58,988 nt of DNA from an uncultured Pelagibacteraceae bacterium (GCA_902515175.1 CABXTP010000001.1:1-58988), one strand, 5' to 3'. Shown: positions 30,603 through 40,109, counted from the first letter of the stretch. Made by a program: numbers and translations. The notes: generated by a model from the sequence alone, not told the origin.

Positions 30603-30977
30603 TTAAGACAAATCTATCGCAAATTTCTTAAGAGTTTCAATTGGTAAAATTTTTAAAGTATTTTGGTGAGTGCTTTTTAAAAAAATTGGACAACCTTTTC
30701 CTGCTTCAACAGCACGCGCATACCAAGTTGCGCACACGCACCAACCATCGCCATCTTTTAAACCAGGAAAACCAAACTCTGGATGAGGAGTAATTAGGTC
30801 GTTACCAGCTTCTTTGCACCATTCTAAAAATTCTGTTGTAACTTTAGCACAAACTGTATGAACACCATGGTCGTTTTCATCTGTATTGCAGCAACCATCT
30901 CTGTACCAACCAGTTAAGGGGTCTAAAGAGCATTCCTCTAAACTTTCACCAAGAACATTTTTTTGATTTTTACTCAC
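30603..30977 (-). CDS. DUF2237 family protein
   Basis: NVLGE.L..CS.DPLTG.YRDGCC, GNDL.TP.PEF.FPGLK.GD.WCVCA. Confidence 0.9.
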   Translation of the reverse strand: MSKNQKNVLGESLEECSLDPLTGWYRDGCCNTDENDHGVHTVCAKVTTEFLEWCKEAGNDLITPHPEFGFPGLKDGDGWCVCATWYARAVEAGKGCPIFLKSTHQNTLKILPIETLKKFAIDLS

Positions 30978-31445
30978 TTAAATTTTTGTTGGATTAGGCT
31001 GACCCTTATATATTTTTTCAGGATCGAATTTTTTTTCTTTTTCAGTAAATCGCATTTCAACTTTTTTACCATTATCTATAGGGCCTAAAGGAATAGATCT
31101 ATAAAAACATGAACGATAACCAACATGACAACTTGCTCCATCTCCAATATCAACTGTTAACCAGACAGAATCTTGGTCATCATCAATTTTAATTTCAATC
31201 ACTTTTTGAATAAAACCACTTGTCTTACCTTTGTGCCAAATGGTGTTTCTCGAGCGACTAAAATAATGAGCTTCTTTTGTCTCTATTGTCTTTTTTAGAG
31301 CTTCAACATTCATATAACCATGCATCAAAATTTCTTTTGTTTTAGCGCACATAGTAATAACTGGTATTAACCCATCATTATCAAATTTAGGTGATAAGAG
31401 GTTACCCTCTTCAATTTCAACAACATTCTCTCTTTTTTTGAACAT
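30978..31445 (-). CDS. hisI: Phosphoribosyl-AMP cyclohydrolase
   Basis: GLIP, YFSRSR..IWHKG.TSG, IDDDQD, SCH.GYRSCF. Confidence 0.93.
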   Translation of the reverse strand: MFKKRENVVEIEEGNLLSPKFDNDGLIPVITMCAKTKEILMHGYMNVEALKKTIETKEAHYFSRSRNTIWHKGKTSGFIQKVIEIKIDDDQDSVWLTVDIGDGASCHVGYRSCFYRSIPLGPIDNGKKVEMRFTEKEKKFDPEKIYKGQPNPTKI

Positions 31446-31522
31446 AATAAGTGATTATGTAGCACATATAGGTATATTTTAAATATTTTAAAATCATTAA
31501 ATTATATGTATAAAGCATTGCG

Positions 31523-32137
31523 ATGAAATTAGTCAAAGACACAAACTCTGATCAAGAAATAAAAAAAGTTTCAGACAAAGAGGCTGAGGAAGCGTTTAGA
31601 ACGATTTTAGCATGGATGGGTGAAAATCCTAATAGAGAAGGATTATTGGAAACACCAAAAAGAGTAGTTAAAGCTTTTAAGGAATATTTTAAGGGATATA
31701 AAGAGGATCCTAATCAAGTCTTAGATAAAACTTTTGGGGACGTAGAAGGTTATGATGATATGGTTGTACAAAAGAATATATCAGTTCAAAGCCATTGCGA
31801 ACATCATATGGCTCCAATAATAGGTAAAGCGCACGTGGCATATATTCCAAAAGATAGAGTTGTAGGCTTAAGTAAATTAGCAAGAGTAGTAGAGGTATTT
31901 TCAAAAAGACTTCAAACTCAAGAAAGATTGACTATGCAAATTGCGAATACGCTTATGGAGTCTTTAGATGCCAAAGGAGTAGCCGTAACTATTGACTCAA
32001 CACATCAATGTATGACTATGAGAGGTATAAAAAAAGAACAAGCCTCAACAGTAACTAATTATTATTTAGGCCAATTCAAAGAAGATCTAAGTTTTCAAAA
32101 TAGATATTTAAGGTTTATAAGTATAATAAAAGAATAA
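31523..32137 (+). CDS. folE: GTP cyclohydrolase I
   Basis: REGLLETPKRV, SHCEHH, GLSKLAR, QERLT, HQCM.MRG. Confidence 0.97.
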   Translation: MKLVKDTNSDQEIKKVSDKEAEEAFRTILAWMGENPNREGLLETPKRVVKAFKEYFKGYKEDPNQVLDKTFGDVEGYDDMVVQKNISVQSHCEHHMAPIIGKAHVAYIPKDRVVGLSKLARVVEVFSKRLQTQERLTMQIANTLMESLDAKGVAVTIDSTHQCMTMRGIKKEQASTVTNYYLGQFKEDLSFQNRYLRFISIIKE

Positions 32138-32138
32138 A

Positions 32139-33143
32139 GTGTCTAATCAATTTAAAGCTCTTATACTTAACCAAAATGGTGAAAGTTTTTCAAGAGAAAT
32201 AAAATCTGTAGAAAAAAATTTTTTAAAACATGGCGATGTTACAGTAAAGGTGGAGTATTCGGGATTGAATTATAAAGATGCATTAATTTTAAAAAATGGT
32301 GCACGACTTGTAAAAGAATTTCCGCATATACCTGGAATAGATTTTAGTGGTATCATTGAAGAAAGTAACCATAAAGAATTTAAAGTGGGTGATGAGGTAA
32401 TTTTAACAGGCTGGAGAGTGGGAGAAATTTATTTTGGAGGCTACTCACAATACGCAAAAGTAAATGGAGATTTTTTAGTTAAAAAACCAAAAAGTTTATC
32501 TCTTAAGGAGTCAATGATTATGGGCACTGCAGGATTTACTGCCTTGCAATGTTCATTTACTACAAAAACTACTAGAGAAGAACTTTTGCTTGGCGAAAAA
32601 GTTGAAAATGTAATTGTTAGTGGAGCCTCAGGTGGAGTGGGCAGTATGGCTGTGATGATATTGAGTAAATTAGGATGCAATGTTACGGCAGTTACTAGCA
32701 AGAATTCAAATATAGATTATTTAAAATCAATTGGTGCCAAAAACGTTGTAAATACTCAAGAATTGACTAAAGACGCAAGACCTTTAGATAAAGGATTATG
32801 GGATGGTGCAGTTGATACAGTAGGTGGTAAAGTATTAGAAAATATTCTTTCACAAACAAAGGATGCTGGAATTGTCTCTTCATGTGGAAATGCTGCAGAC
32901 ATAAAACTTAATACAACAGTAATGCCTTTCATAATTAGGGGTGTAAAATTATGGGGTATTAATTCAGTTACTGCCTCAATCAAAAGAAGAAAATTTTTGT
33001 GGAGTGAGGCAGCAAAACTAATTGATTTTAAAGAATTAGAAAAATCAGTAAAAGAAATAAGCTTAGACGAGGTCATTGAAGTTTATCCAAAAATGTTAAA
33101 AGGCGAAACATCTGGAAGATATATTATAAATTTAAATAAGTAA
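32139..33143 (+). CDS. acuI: YhdH/AcuI-family acryloyl-CoA reductase (MDR superfamily)
   Basis: LNYKDAL, PGIDFSG, GTAGFTA, GASGGVGS, PFI.RGV.L.GINS; GTG start. Confidence 0.85.
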   Translation: MSNQFKALILNQNGESFSREIKSVEKNFLKHGDVTVKVEYSGLNYKDALILKNGARLVKEFPHIPGIDFSGIIEESNHKEFKVGDEVILTGWRVGEIYFGGYSQYAKVNGDFLVKKPKSLSLKESMIMGTAGFTALQCSFTTKTTREELLLGEKVENVIVSGASGGVGSMAVMILSKLGCNVTAVTSKNSNIDYLKSIGAKNVVNTQELTKDARPLDKGLWDGAVDTVGGKVLENILSQTKDAGIVSSCGNAADIKLNTTVMPFIIRGVKLWGINSVTASIKRRKFLWSEAAKLIDFKELEKSVKEISLDEVIEVYPKMLKGETSGRYIINLNK

Positions 33144-34033
33144 TGGATTGGGATAAATTAAAAATTTTTCATGCAGTTGCTGAAGCAGGCAGTTTTACAA
33201 ATGCAACTATAAATCTCAACTTAAGTCAATCAGCAATAAGTAGACAAATACAGTCACTAGAACAAGATTTAAATGTTCAGTTATTTGAAAGACACGCAAG
33301 AGGCTTAACATTAACTGAAAATGGAGAATATGTATTTAAAACAGCTCATGAAGTAATCAGCAAACTAAAAGAAGTTGAGACATCACTAGGGGATCAAAAA
33401 AATAAACCAACAGGAAAATTAACAATAACTACAGTCAGAAGTTTTGGCACACATTGGTTAACACCAAGAATTCAAGAATTTATGCGCTTAAATCCTGAAA
33501 TTGAAATAGAACTAGTTTTCGATGATAAGGAACTTGATTTGAGTACTAGACAAGCTGACATAGGTATTTTTATGAGGAGACCCAAGCAACTTAATTATAT
33601 TCAAAAAAAATTAGTAGATATTAAATATTACATATATGGATCTAATAAATATTTAGAAAAAAATGGAATGCCTAAAACTATAAACGATTTAAATAAACAT
33701 AAATTCATATCTTTTGGAAAAGGGGCACCATCACCAGTGTACAACCCTGATTGGGCATTGAAATTAGGTAGACAAGATGGAAAAAAAAGAAAATCAATAA
33801 TGAAAGTAAATAGTGTAATGGGTTTGCTATTAGCGGTTGAATCTGGAGTTGGTCTTGCTGCGCTTCCAGAGTATTTAGTGACTAATTCAAATAATATTAT
33901 TAAGGTATTACCAAAATGCGAAGGTCCAATTACTGAGGCACATTTTGTTTATCCTCAGTCATTAAAAAATACAGCTAGAGTTCAAGCTTTTAGAAACTTT
34001 TTATTTAGCAAAATAGGTGATTGGAAGTTATAA
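33143..34033 (+). CDS. LysR family transcriptional regulator
   Basis: MDWDKLKIFHAVAEAGSFT.A...L.LSQSAISRQI HTH, LFERHARGL. Confidence 0.95.
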   Translation: MDWDKLKIFHAVAEAGSFTNATINLNLSQSAISRQIQSLEQDLNVQLFERHARGLTLTENGEYVFKTAHEVISKLKEVETSLGDQKNKPTGKLTITTVRSFGTHWLTPRIQEFMRLNPEIEIELVFDDKELDLSTRQADIGIFMRRPKQLNYIQKKLVDIKYYIYGSNKYLEKNGMPKTINDLNKHKFISFGKGAPSPVYNPDWALKLGRQDGKKRKSIMKVNSVMGLLLAVESGVGLAALPEYLVTNSNNIIKVLPKCEGPITEAHFVYPQSLKNTARVQAFRNFLFSKIGDWKL

Positions 34034-34082
34034 ATTCCTTAAATAATCCTCTTAAAATCTCACAAATAGGTGCGACATAGTT

Positions 34083-34120
34083 GCGATTGATAATCATTCT
34101 CATTGCGAATAGTTATCATT
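34083..34120 (+). promoter_or_regulatory. Tandem Fur-family boxes upstream of the iron transporter
   Basis: GCGATTGATAATCATTCTC matches 15/19 of GATAATGATAATCATTATC; a second box-like ATTGCGAATAGTTATCATT follows immediately. Confidence 0.75.
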
Positions 34121-34152
34121 CACATTTAATTAATTAATAAATTAGGAGATAA

Positions 34153-35181
34153 ATGAAAAAAATATCAATTTTAGCATTGATAGCGTCATTATTTATGTCT
34201 GCGTATGCAATTGCAGATGAAGTAAACGTTTTTAATGCAAGACACTATAAAGCTGATTCAGAGCTTTATTCAAAGTTTACGAATATGACAGGTATTAAAG
34301 TAAACTTAATCAATGGAAAATCAGGAGCTCTTGAAAAAAGAATTATTGAAGAGGGCGCTGATTCTTCTGCAGACCTTTATATAACTGCTGATGCGGGAAG
34401 ATGTGGTGCAATGGATGCAAAGGGTCATCTTCAAAGTGGCTTAACATCTGCTGCTATAAAAGCTGCAGTTCCAAAAAGCTTTAGAACAAGTAAATGGGTT
34501 GGAGTCGCCAAAAGAGCAAGAATAATTTATTACTCACCTGAAAGAGTTTCTGGTGCTGAATTATCTGGAATGTCTTACGAAGGTCTTGCTGATCCTAAAT
34601 GGAAAGGTAGATTAGTAATAAGAAAATCTAGCAACATATATAATAAATCTCTTGTGGCATCAATAATTGCTAACAATGGTAAAAAAGCTGCAGCTACATG
34701 GGCCGAAGGAGTTGTTGCTAACATGGCAAGAGCACCAAAAGGTAACGACAGAGCACAAATCATGGCAGTCGCTGCTGGAGAAGCTGATATAGCTGTTGCT
34801 AACACTTATTATTTAGCACTAATGTTATCTGGTAAAAAAGGTCCAGAACAGCAAGCAGCTGCTAAAAAAGTGAAAGCTTTCTTCCCTAATCAGAATGATA
34901 GAGGGACGCATATGAATGTTAGCTGTGCAGCATTAGTTAAAGGCGCGCCTAATAAAAAGAATGCTGTCAAACTTGTAGAGTTTTTACTAACTCCTGAATC
35001 TCAAGAGCACTTTACAAATAATACTTTTGAGTTTCCAATGATTGATGGTGTTTCACCAAGTCCATTAGTGGTAAACAACTTAGGTTTAGATTTCAAACAA
35101 GATATGAAAACTAAGTTAGCTTCATATGGAAAAAATCAAGCTGCTGCTGTAGAAGTGATGACAGCTGCTGGTTGGAAGTAA
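34153..35181 (+). CDS. futA: Fe(III) ABC transporter substrate-binding protein (FutA/FbpA type)
   Basis: Signal peptide; ARHY, RAR, LA.P.WKG, SNIYN.SL, ANTYY iron-ligand tyrosines; AGGAG RBS. Confidence 0.93.
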   Translation: MKKISILALIASLFMSAYAIADEVNVFNARHYKADSELYSKFTNMTGIKVNLINGKSGALEKRIIEEGADSSADLYITADAGRCGAMDAKGHLQSGLTSAAIKAAVPKSFRTSKWVGVAKRARIIYYSPERVSGAELSGMSYEGLADPKWKGRLVIRKSSNIYNKSLVASIIANNGKKAAATWAEGVVANMARAPKGNDRAQIMAVAAGEADIAVANTYYLALMLSGKKGPEQQAAAKKVKAFFPNQNDRGTHMNVSCAALVKGAPNKKNAVKLVEFLLTPESQEHFTNNTFEFPMIDGVSPSPLVVNNLGLDFKQDMKTKLASYGKNQAAAVEVMTAAGWK

Positions 35182-35183
35182 GC

Positions 35184-35354
35184 GTGAAACAAGAAAAAAA
35201 ATTTATTTCGGATGTTAATTTGAATAAATCTTCTCAAGCATGTTCTCCATGTAGTCAGGAAGTTGAAAAAATTAACAAAAGAATAAATAAAAGAAAACTA
35301 GAAGAAATTGAACCTAAAGAAGTTCCGCACCTTCTTAAGGTATTTAATTTTTAA
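35184..35354 (+). CDS. Small hypothetical protein with CxxC (56 aa)
   Basis: GTG 2 nt after the futA stop; ACSPCS; followed by a strong hairpin. Confidence 0.5.
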   Translation: MKQEKKFISDVNLNKSSQACSPCSQEVEKINKRINKRKLEEIEPKEVPHLLKVFNF

Positions 35355-35365
35355 TTTTCTTAAAA

Positions 35366-35400
35366 TTATGTCCACCACAATAAAATTGTGGTGGACATAA
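35366..35400. terminator. Perfect 16-bp inverted repeat (terminator or mRNA-stabilising hairpin)
   Basis: TTATGTCCACCACAAT-AAA-ATTGTGGTGGACATAA. Confidence 0.7.
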
Positions 35401-35498
35401 GTATGAAAAGTCTTAGTTTTATATTCTTCTACTGAAAGAGTGTTCACTATGGTCAAGTTGTCTCCTTAATTATGATGGACACTCTTTGAATAGAAATT

Positions 35499-35996
35499 AT
35501 GAAATCAGGTTTTAGATTAAATAATATCAAATTCTCATTTAATGATTCAATTAAGACTACGAGAAATTTTTTTTCCAAAAGAAGAGTTACACTTTTTAGT
35601 ATTAATGAGGATTTAAATTCTCAAAATACTTTAGAAAAATTGAAAAATTTTGAAGGTTATTATGATAGAATAAAAAAACTTGGTATCCACGAAATATATT
35701 GTTGTGTTTTTCAAAAATTTGAAAATGTAAAATCGCAGTTTGATAAAATTAATATTCGTAATATAAAAATAATACCTGATGAAAATGGGAACTTTATGAA
35801 TCACCTTGGTGTATTAAATATTTCTGGCGAGTTAAAAGCGGCAAATTTAAATAAAAATTACATGGCCATTATTACTGATGGGATAGTAGAAAAATGGTGG
35901 GAAGAAAGAAAAAAAATTGAAAAAAAACAAAAAACACCATTTTACAGTGAAACCTCTGTAGAAAATTGTATTATCTATCTATCTGGGACCGAGTAG
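35499..35996 (+). CDS. Peroxiredoxin (Prx5/redoxin)-fold protein lacking the catalytic PxxxTxxC
   Basis: F..KRV.LFS, GIHEIYC, IKIIPD.NG.F...LG, DG.VEK..EE, Y.ETS.EN...YL are colinear with Prx5. Confidence 0.7.
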   Translation: MKSGFRLNNIKFSFNDSIKTTRNFFSKRRVTLFSINEDLNSQNTLEKLKNFEGYYDRIKKLGIHEIYCCVFQKFENVKSQFDKINIRNIKIIPDENGNFMNHLGVLNISGELKAANLNKNYMAIITDGIVEKWWEERKKIEKKQKTPFYSETSVENCIIYLSGTE

Positions 35997-36034
35997 TCTC
36001 TATATTAAAAAAATGATCATTATATAAAATAATT

Positions 36035-37660
36035 ATGTCAAAAAATTTCAACTTTTGGTTCTTATCTTCATTCTTAATATCCTTAATTGTAATAATTCCT
36101 ATATTGACAGTTTTCTCCAGTTTTTTTGAGAACACCTCTAATTATTTTGACATATTAAAAAAGACTTTTTTATTTGAGTATACTTTTAATTCTCTAATTT
36201 TATTGATATCTGTACTAACATTTACGTTTTTAATTGGTACAGGTTCTGCATATTTAGTCTCTTTTTATCAATTCCCTTTGAGTAATTTTTTTAAATGGGC
36301 TTTAATTTTATCATTTGCAGTACCGCCCTATATTTATGCATATTCGTTGACAGCTTTTTTTGAAAACTATGGTACAGCCTTTACAATTCTAAAAAATTTA
36401 TTTGGTGAAGCAAATTATAACAAACATATTCCTAAGTTTGACGGAATGCTTGGAAGTATTTTATCACTTTCTTTTTCATTATTTGGATATGTATATATTT
36501 TAACAAGAGCATCTTTTTTGTATCAATCTCAAAATTTAATTGATTTGGGAAAAAATCTTGGTTTTTCGAACTTTAAATCTTTTTATTCTGTGATCTTACC
36601 TTCAGCAAGACCGGCAATAGTAGCTGGATTATCATTAGTAGCTATGGAAACTTTGGCAGAATTTGGTGCAGTTGATTTTTTTTCAATTAATACACTTACA
36701 ACTGGAATTTATAATTCATGGATAGCTTTTGATGATTTAGCTTTTGCAAATCAATTATCTTTTTTTCTTTTATTATTTATTTTTGCATTATTTCTCTTAG
36801 AAAATCTTTCGAGAAAAAAAGCTAAATATCATTTTAACTCTAGAGGTGGTTTTAAACAAAAGAAAAAATTAAAGCTATCAAACAATAAATCATTTTTTGC
36901 TTTTTTATTTTGTTTTCTAATTTTTTTCTTAAGTTTTTTATTCCCATTAGGCCAAATGTTATATTGGACAATCAAATTTCCTGAGAATTTAATTGGCTTA
37001 AACGCTTCAACTCTTTTTTTCAATACCCTTTATCTTGTAATATTATCTAGCTCAATTTTAATTATATTTTCTTTAATATCAAACTATGGGAATAGAGTTT
37101 CTAAAAATAAAATATTAAATATTCTATCTACCTTATCTATCTCTGGCTATGCTATTCCTGGAGTAATTTTAGCTATTGCTTTTATTACTTTTATAGTTTG
37201 GATTGATGAAAATATGATCCAGTCTATTGGATTTTTATCTGTCAAGAAAATCTTTATAGGTTCAATTTTTGGTTTGGTAATAGTTTATTTTATAAGATTT
37301 TACTCTTTGGCATTTAATGGAATAAAATCAGGTTATGAAAAAATAAATATTTATGTTGATGAAAGTGCCTATTTATTAGGGTATTCAAAAAGAAAAACTT
37401 TTATGAATATTCATGTTCCTTTTTTAAGAAATTCACTTTTATTCGTTAGTATTTTAGTTTCTTTAGAGATTATTAGAGAATTGCCGATCGCCCTTATTCT
37501 AAGACCCTTTAATTTTGAAACTTTTGCCACGACTGCTTATATCTCTGCGTCTGAGGATTTATTAGAAGCCGCTGCAGTACCATCACTATTTTTAATCGTT
37601 ATTGCGGCAATATTTATTATGATAACTTCAAAATATATTTTAAGAGATACAAATGATTAA
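36035..37660 (+). CDS. futB: Fe(III) ABC transporter permease
   Basis: P.YIYAY, LPSARPAIVAG..LVAMETLAEFG, GYAIPG.ILA, RELP..LILRPFNFET. Confidence 0.93.
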   Translation: MSKNFNFWFLSSFLISLIVIIPILTVFSSFFENTSNYFDILKKTFLFEYTFNSLILLISVLTFTFLIGTGSAYLVSFYQFPLSNFFKWALILSFAVPPYIYAYSLTAFFENYGTAFTILKNLFGEANYNKHIPKFDGMLGSILSLSFSLFGYVYILTRASFLYQSQNLIDLGKNLGFSNFKSFYSVILPSARPAIVAGLSLVAMETLAEFGAVDFFSINTLTTGIYNSWIAFDDLAFANQLSFFLLLFIFALFLLENLSRKKAKYHFNSRGGFKQKKKLKLSNNKSFFAFLFCFLIFFLSFLFPLGQMLYWTIKFPENLIGLNASTLFFNTLYLVILSSSILIIFSLISNYGNRVSKNKILNILSTLSISGYAIPGVILAIAFITFIVWIDENMIQSIGFLSVKKIFIGSIFGLVIVYFIRFYSLAFNGIKSGYEKINIYVDESAYLLGYSKRKTFMNIHVPFLRNSLLFVSILVSLEIIRELPIALILRPFNFETFATTAYISASEDLLEAAAVPSLFLIVIAAIFIMITSKYILRDTND

Positions 37661-38711
37661 AAATTTTTTTGAAATAAATAACGTAACCTTTGCAATTGGG
37701 GGCAAAGATAGAGTTAATGATGTTAATATTAAAATAGAGCAAGAAGGTGATATAATTTGCATCCTCGGTCCTTCAGGCATTGGCAAAACAACAATATTAA
37801 GAACTATTGCAGGATTAGAAAAAATTAACAAAGGACAAATAATATTAAAAAATAAGATTATTTCATCAAAACAAATTCATGTTGAACCTGAAAAAAGAAA
37901 TATTGCCTTATCATTTCAAGAAAATTCATTATTTCCACATTATACTATTGATAAAAATATTCATCTTGGTTTAAAAAAAAAACAACTTAGTAACAAAAAT
38001 ATTGATTCAAAAGAGATAATAAAAATTTTAAATCTTCAAGATGTTTTAAATAAATACCCACACCAAATTAGTGCAGGTGAGTCTCAAAGGGCTTCTTTAG
38101 CAAGATCTTTAATATCGCAACCTGATCTTTTATTACTGGATGAGCCACTTTCTAATGTTGATCAAAGTTTTAAAGAAGATATTCAAGTTTCATTGAAACA
38201 AATTTTAAAAAATAATAAGATTACAACTATAGTAGTTACTCATGATTCATATGAAGCTTTTTACTTAGGTAGTAAATGTGCTTTGATTTTAGATAATGAA
38301 GTTAAACAATATGATGATCCTTATAATGTTTATCACTTTCCAAATTCAATCCAAGTTGTAAATTTTTTAAATAGAGGAATTTTAATACCTGCAAAAGTCA
38401 CAGGAGGTGACTCACTTGAAAATGAGGATTTGGGAATTATAAAAGGTAAATTTATTAAACATTATCCGACAGGTTCAAACGTTCAATTATTACTTCAACC
38501 AGAGGATTTAGAACATGATGATGATAGCAATTTAAAATTAGAAGTGGTTGATAGAAAGTTTAGAGGAACAAATTTTATTTATACTTTGAGAACACCTAGT
38601 AATAAACTAATTCCTGTAGCAGTCCACACTCATCATTGGGAACAACATGAGGTAAATGAAAAATTTGGTATTAAAAGACCAATTCAACTTGAGCATATAG
38701 TTTGTTTCTAG
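37653..38711 (+). CDS. futC: Fe(III) ABC transporter ATP-binding protein
   Basis: GPSGIGKTT, LFPH, YPHQIS.GE.QR, LLLLDEP, VTHD. Confidence 0.9.
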   Translation: MIKNFFEINNVTFAIGGKDRVNDVNIKIEQEGDIICILGPSGIGKTTILRTIAGLEKINKGQIILKNKIISSKQIHVEPEKRNIALSFQENSLFPHYTIDKNIHLGLKKKQLSNKNIDSKEIIKILNLQDVLNKYPHQISAGESQRASLARSLISQPDLLLLDEPLSNVDQSFKEDIQVSLKQILKNNKITTIVVTHDSYEAFYLGSKCALILDNEVKQYDDPYNVYHFPNSIQVVNFLNRGILIPAKVTGGDSLENEDLGIIKGKFIKHYPTGSNVQLLLQPEDLEHDDDSNLKLEVVDRKFRGTNFIYTLRTPSNKLIPVAVHTHHWEQHEVNEKFGIKRPIQLEHIVCF

Positions 38712-38729
38712 TTTTTTTTTTTAAAAATA

Positions 38730-39425
38730 ATGCAAAGTAATTTTAAAATTTTTTTAAAAGGAATTTTTGATGTAATTCCAATAATGATACCAGTGGTCCC
38801 ATTTGGCTTAATATTTGGTGTGCTATCTATTGATATAGGATTTAGTCCAATTGAAACAATGGGGATGTCATTGATAATTTTTGGGGGCGCTTCACAAATA
38901 GTTCTTTTACAATTATTTTCTGGTGGCGCCTCTTCCCTAGTCATTATTAGCTCTGTTGGTGCGGTAAACTCTAGACATCTTCTTTACGGAGCAGTTGTCT
39001 CTGAACATTTATCAGATCTAAAATTAGTATGGAAAATTATTATATCTTATTTTTTAGTTGACCAGGCATTCGCCGTATCAAATGAATATTTAAAAAAGAA
39101 TAATAATAGTAACAGATATTTTCATTTAGTCGGTGGTGGAGCAACATGTTGGATAATTTGGCAATCAACTACAATTTTAGGAATCATATTAGGAGCAGCA
39201 ATTCCAGAAAAACTAGGTTTAAGCTTTGCAGTACCTCTAACATTTCTAGCTTTATTAGTTAATGATTTTAGAAAACTTATTAATGTTATTGTAATAATTA
39301 TTTCAGGTTTAGTAGCAACACTAGGTTATAATCATATTCCATTTAAAGCTTATGTAATAGTAGCGGCTTTAGCTGGATTATTTACAGCAATCCTATTAAC
39401 AAAAATTATTAAAAAGTATGACTAA
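38730..39425 (+). CDS. azlC: AzlC family branched-chain amino acid exporter, large subunit
   Basis: PFGLIFG, FGGASQ, VNSRHLLYG, L.DQAFA. Confidence 0.9.
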   Translation: MQSNFKIFLKGIFDVIPIMIPVVPFGLIFGVLSIDIGFSPIETMGMSLIIFGGASQIVLLQLFSGGASSLVIISSVGAVNSRHLLYGAVVSEHLSDLKLVWKIIISYFLVDQAFAVSNEYLKKNNNSNRYFHLVGGGATCWIIWQSTTILGIILGAAIPEKLGLSFAVPLTFLALLVNDFRKLINVIVIIISGLVATLGYNHIPFKAYVIVAALAGLFTAILLTKIIKKYD

Positions 39426-39732
39426 CTGGGCATTAATTATATATTGTGGATTAATTACTTATTTAACAAGATTTTCTATGATCGCTTTAATCAAAAAAGA
39501 AATGTTTAATGATAGAATTAGAGAAATACTGTCTTTTGTACCATCAGCAATATTTCCTGCAATAATTTTTCCGGCTATTATTGTAAATGATAATGGTTTA
39601 TTCCAAATAGATGATAATCCAAAGATAATAGCTGCAATAATTGCGATGTTTATTGGTATTTTTTCTAGAAGTATAATTGCGACAATATTTTCAGGATTAG
39701 CTTCTTATTGGTTTTTAATTTTTGTTGTATAA
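39418..39732 (+). CDS. azlD: AzlD family small subunit
   Basis: G..TY.TR, L.FVP.AI..AI; follows azlC. Confidence 0.85.
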   Translation: MTNWALIIYCGLITYLTRFSMIALIKKEMFNDRIREILSFVPSAIFPAIIFPAIIVNDNGLFQIDDNPKIIAAIIAMFIGIFSRSIIATIFSGLASYWFLIFVV

Positions 39733-39738
39733 AAATTT

Positions 39739-40107
39739 ATGAAAAAAATTTTTGTATTTTGTTTTCTTTTAATTGCATTCAATGCCAATGCTATAGAGAA
39801 AAAAACAACTTTTAAAAAAGAATTATTTGATAAAGCTCAATCTGATGGAAAAGTTGTAGTAATTAGTTCTTGGATAAAATATTGTACATCATGTGCTAGT
39901 CAAATGAAAATTCTAAACAAAGCTAAAAATGAATTTAAAAATATTGAATATTTTACATTTGATGTCACTAATAAAGAGATTGCTAATTTTTTTAATGTAC
40001 AATATCAAACTACACTTTTGATTTTTAAGGACAACAAAGAAGTTTATAGAAGTCTTGGTGAAACTAATAAAGAACTTATTTATAAAGCATTAAAATCATC
40101 AATTTAA
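39739..40107 (+). CDS. Exported thioredoxin-family protein
   Basis: Signal peptide, YCTSC CxxC, F.V..Q.TLLIFK...EV.R. Confidence 0.85.
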   Translation: MKKIFVFCFLLIAFNANAIEKKTTFKKELFDKAQSDGKVVVISSWIKYCTSCASQMKILNKAKNEFKNIEYFTFDVTNKEIANFFNVQYQTTLLIFKDNKEVYRSLGETNKELIYKALKSSI

Positions 40108-40109
40108 GT

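Noticed and set aside
35295-35457. Minus-strand TTG-start ORF downstream of AAGGAG
   Set aside because: It runs through both hairpins and antisense to another ORF; G.U pairing favours a plus-strand RNA structure instead
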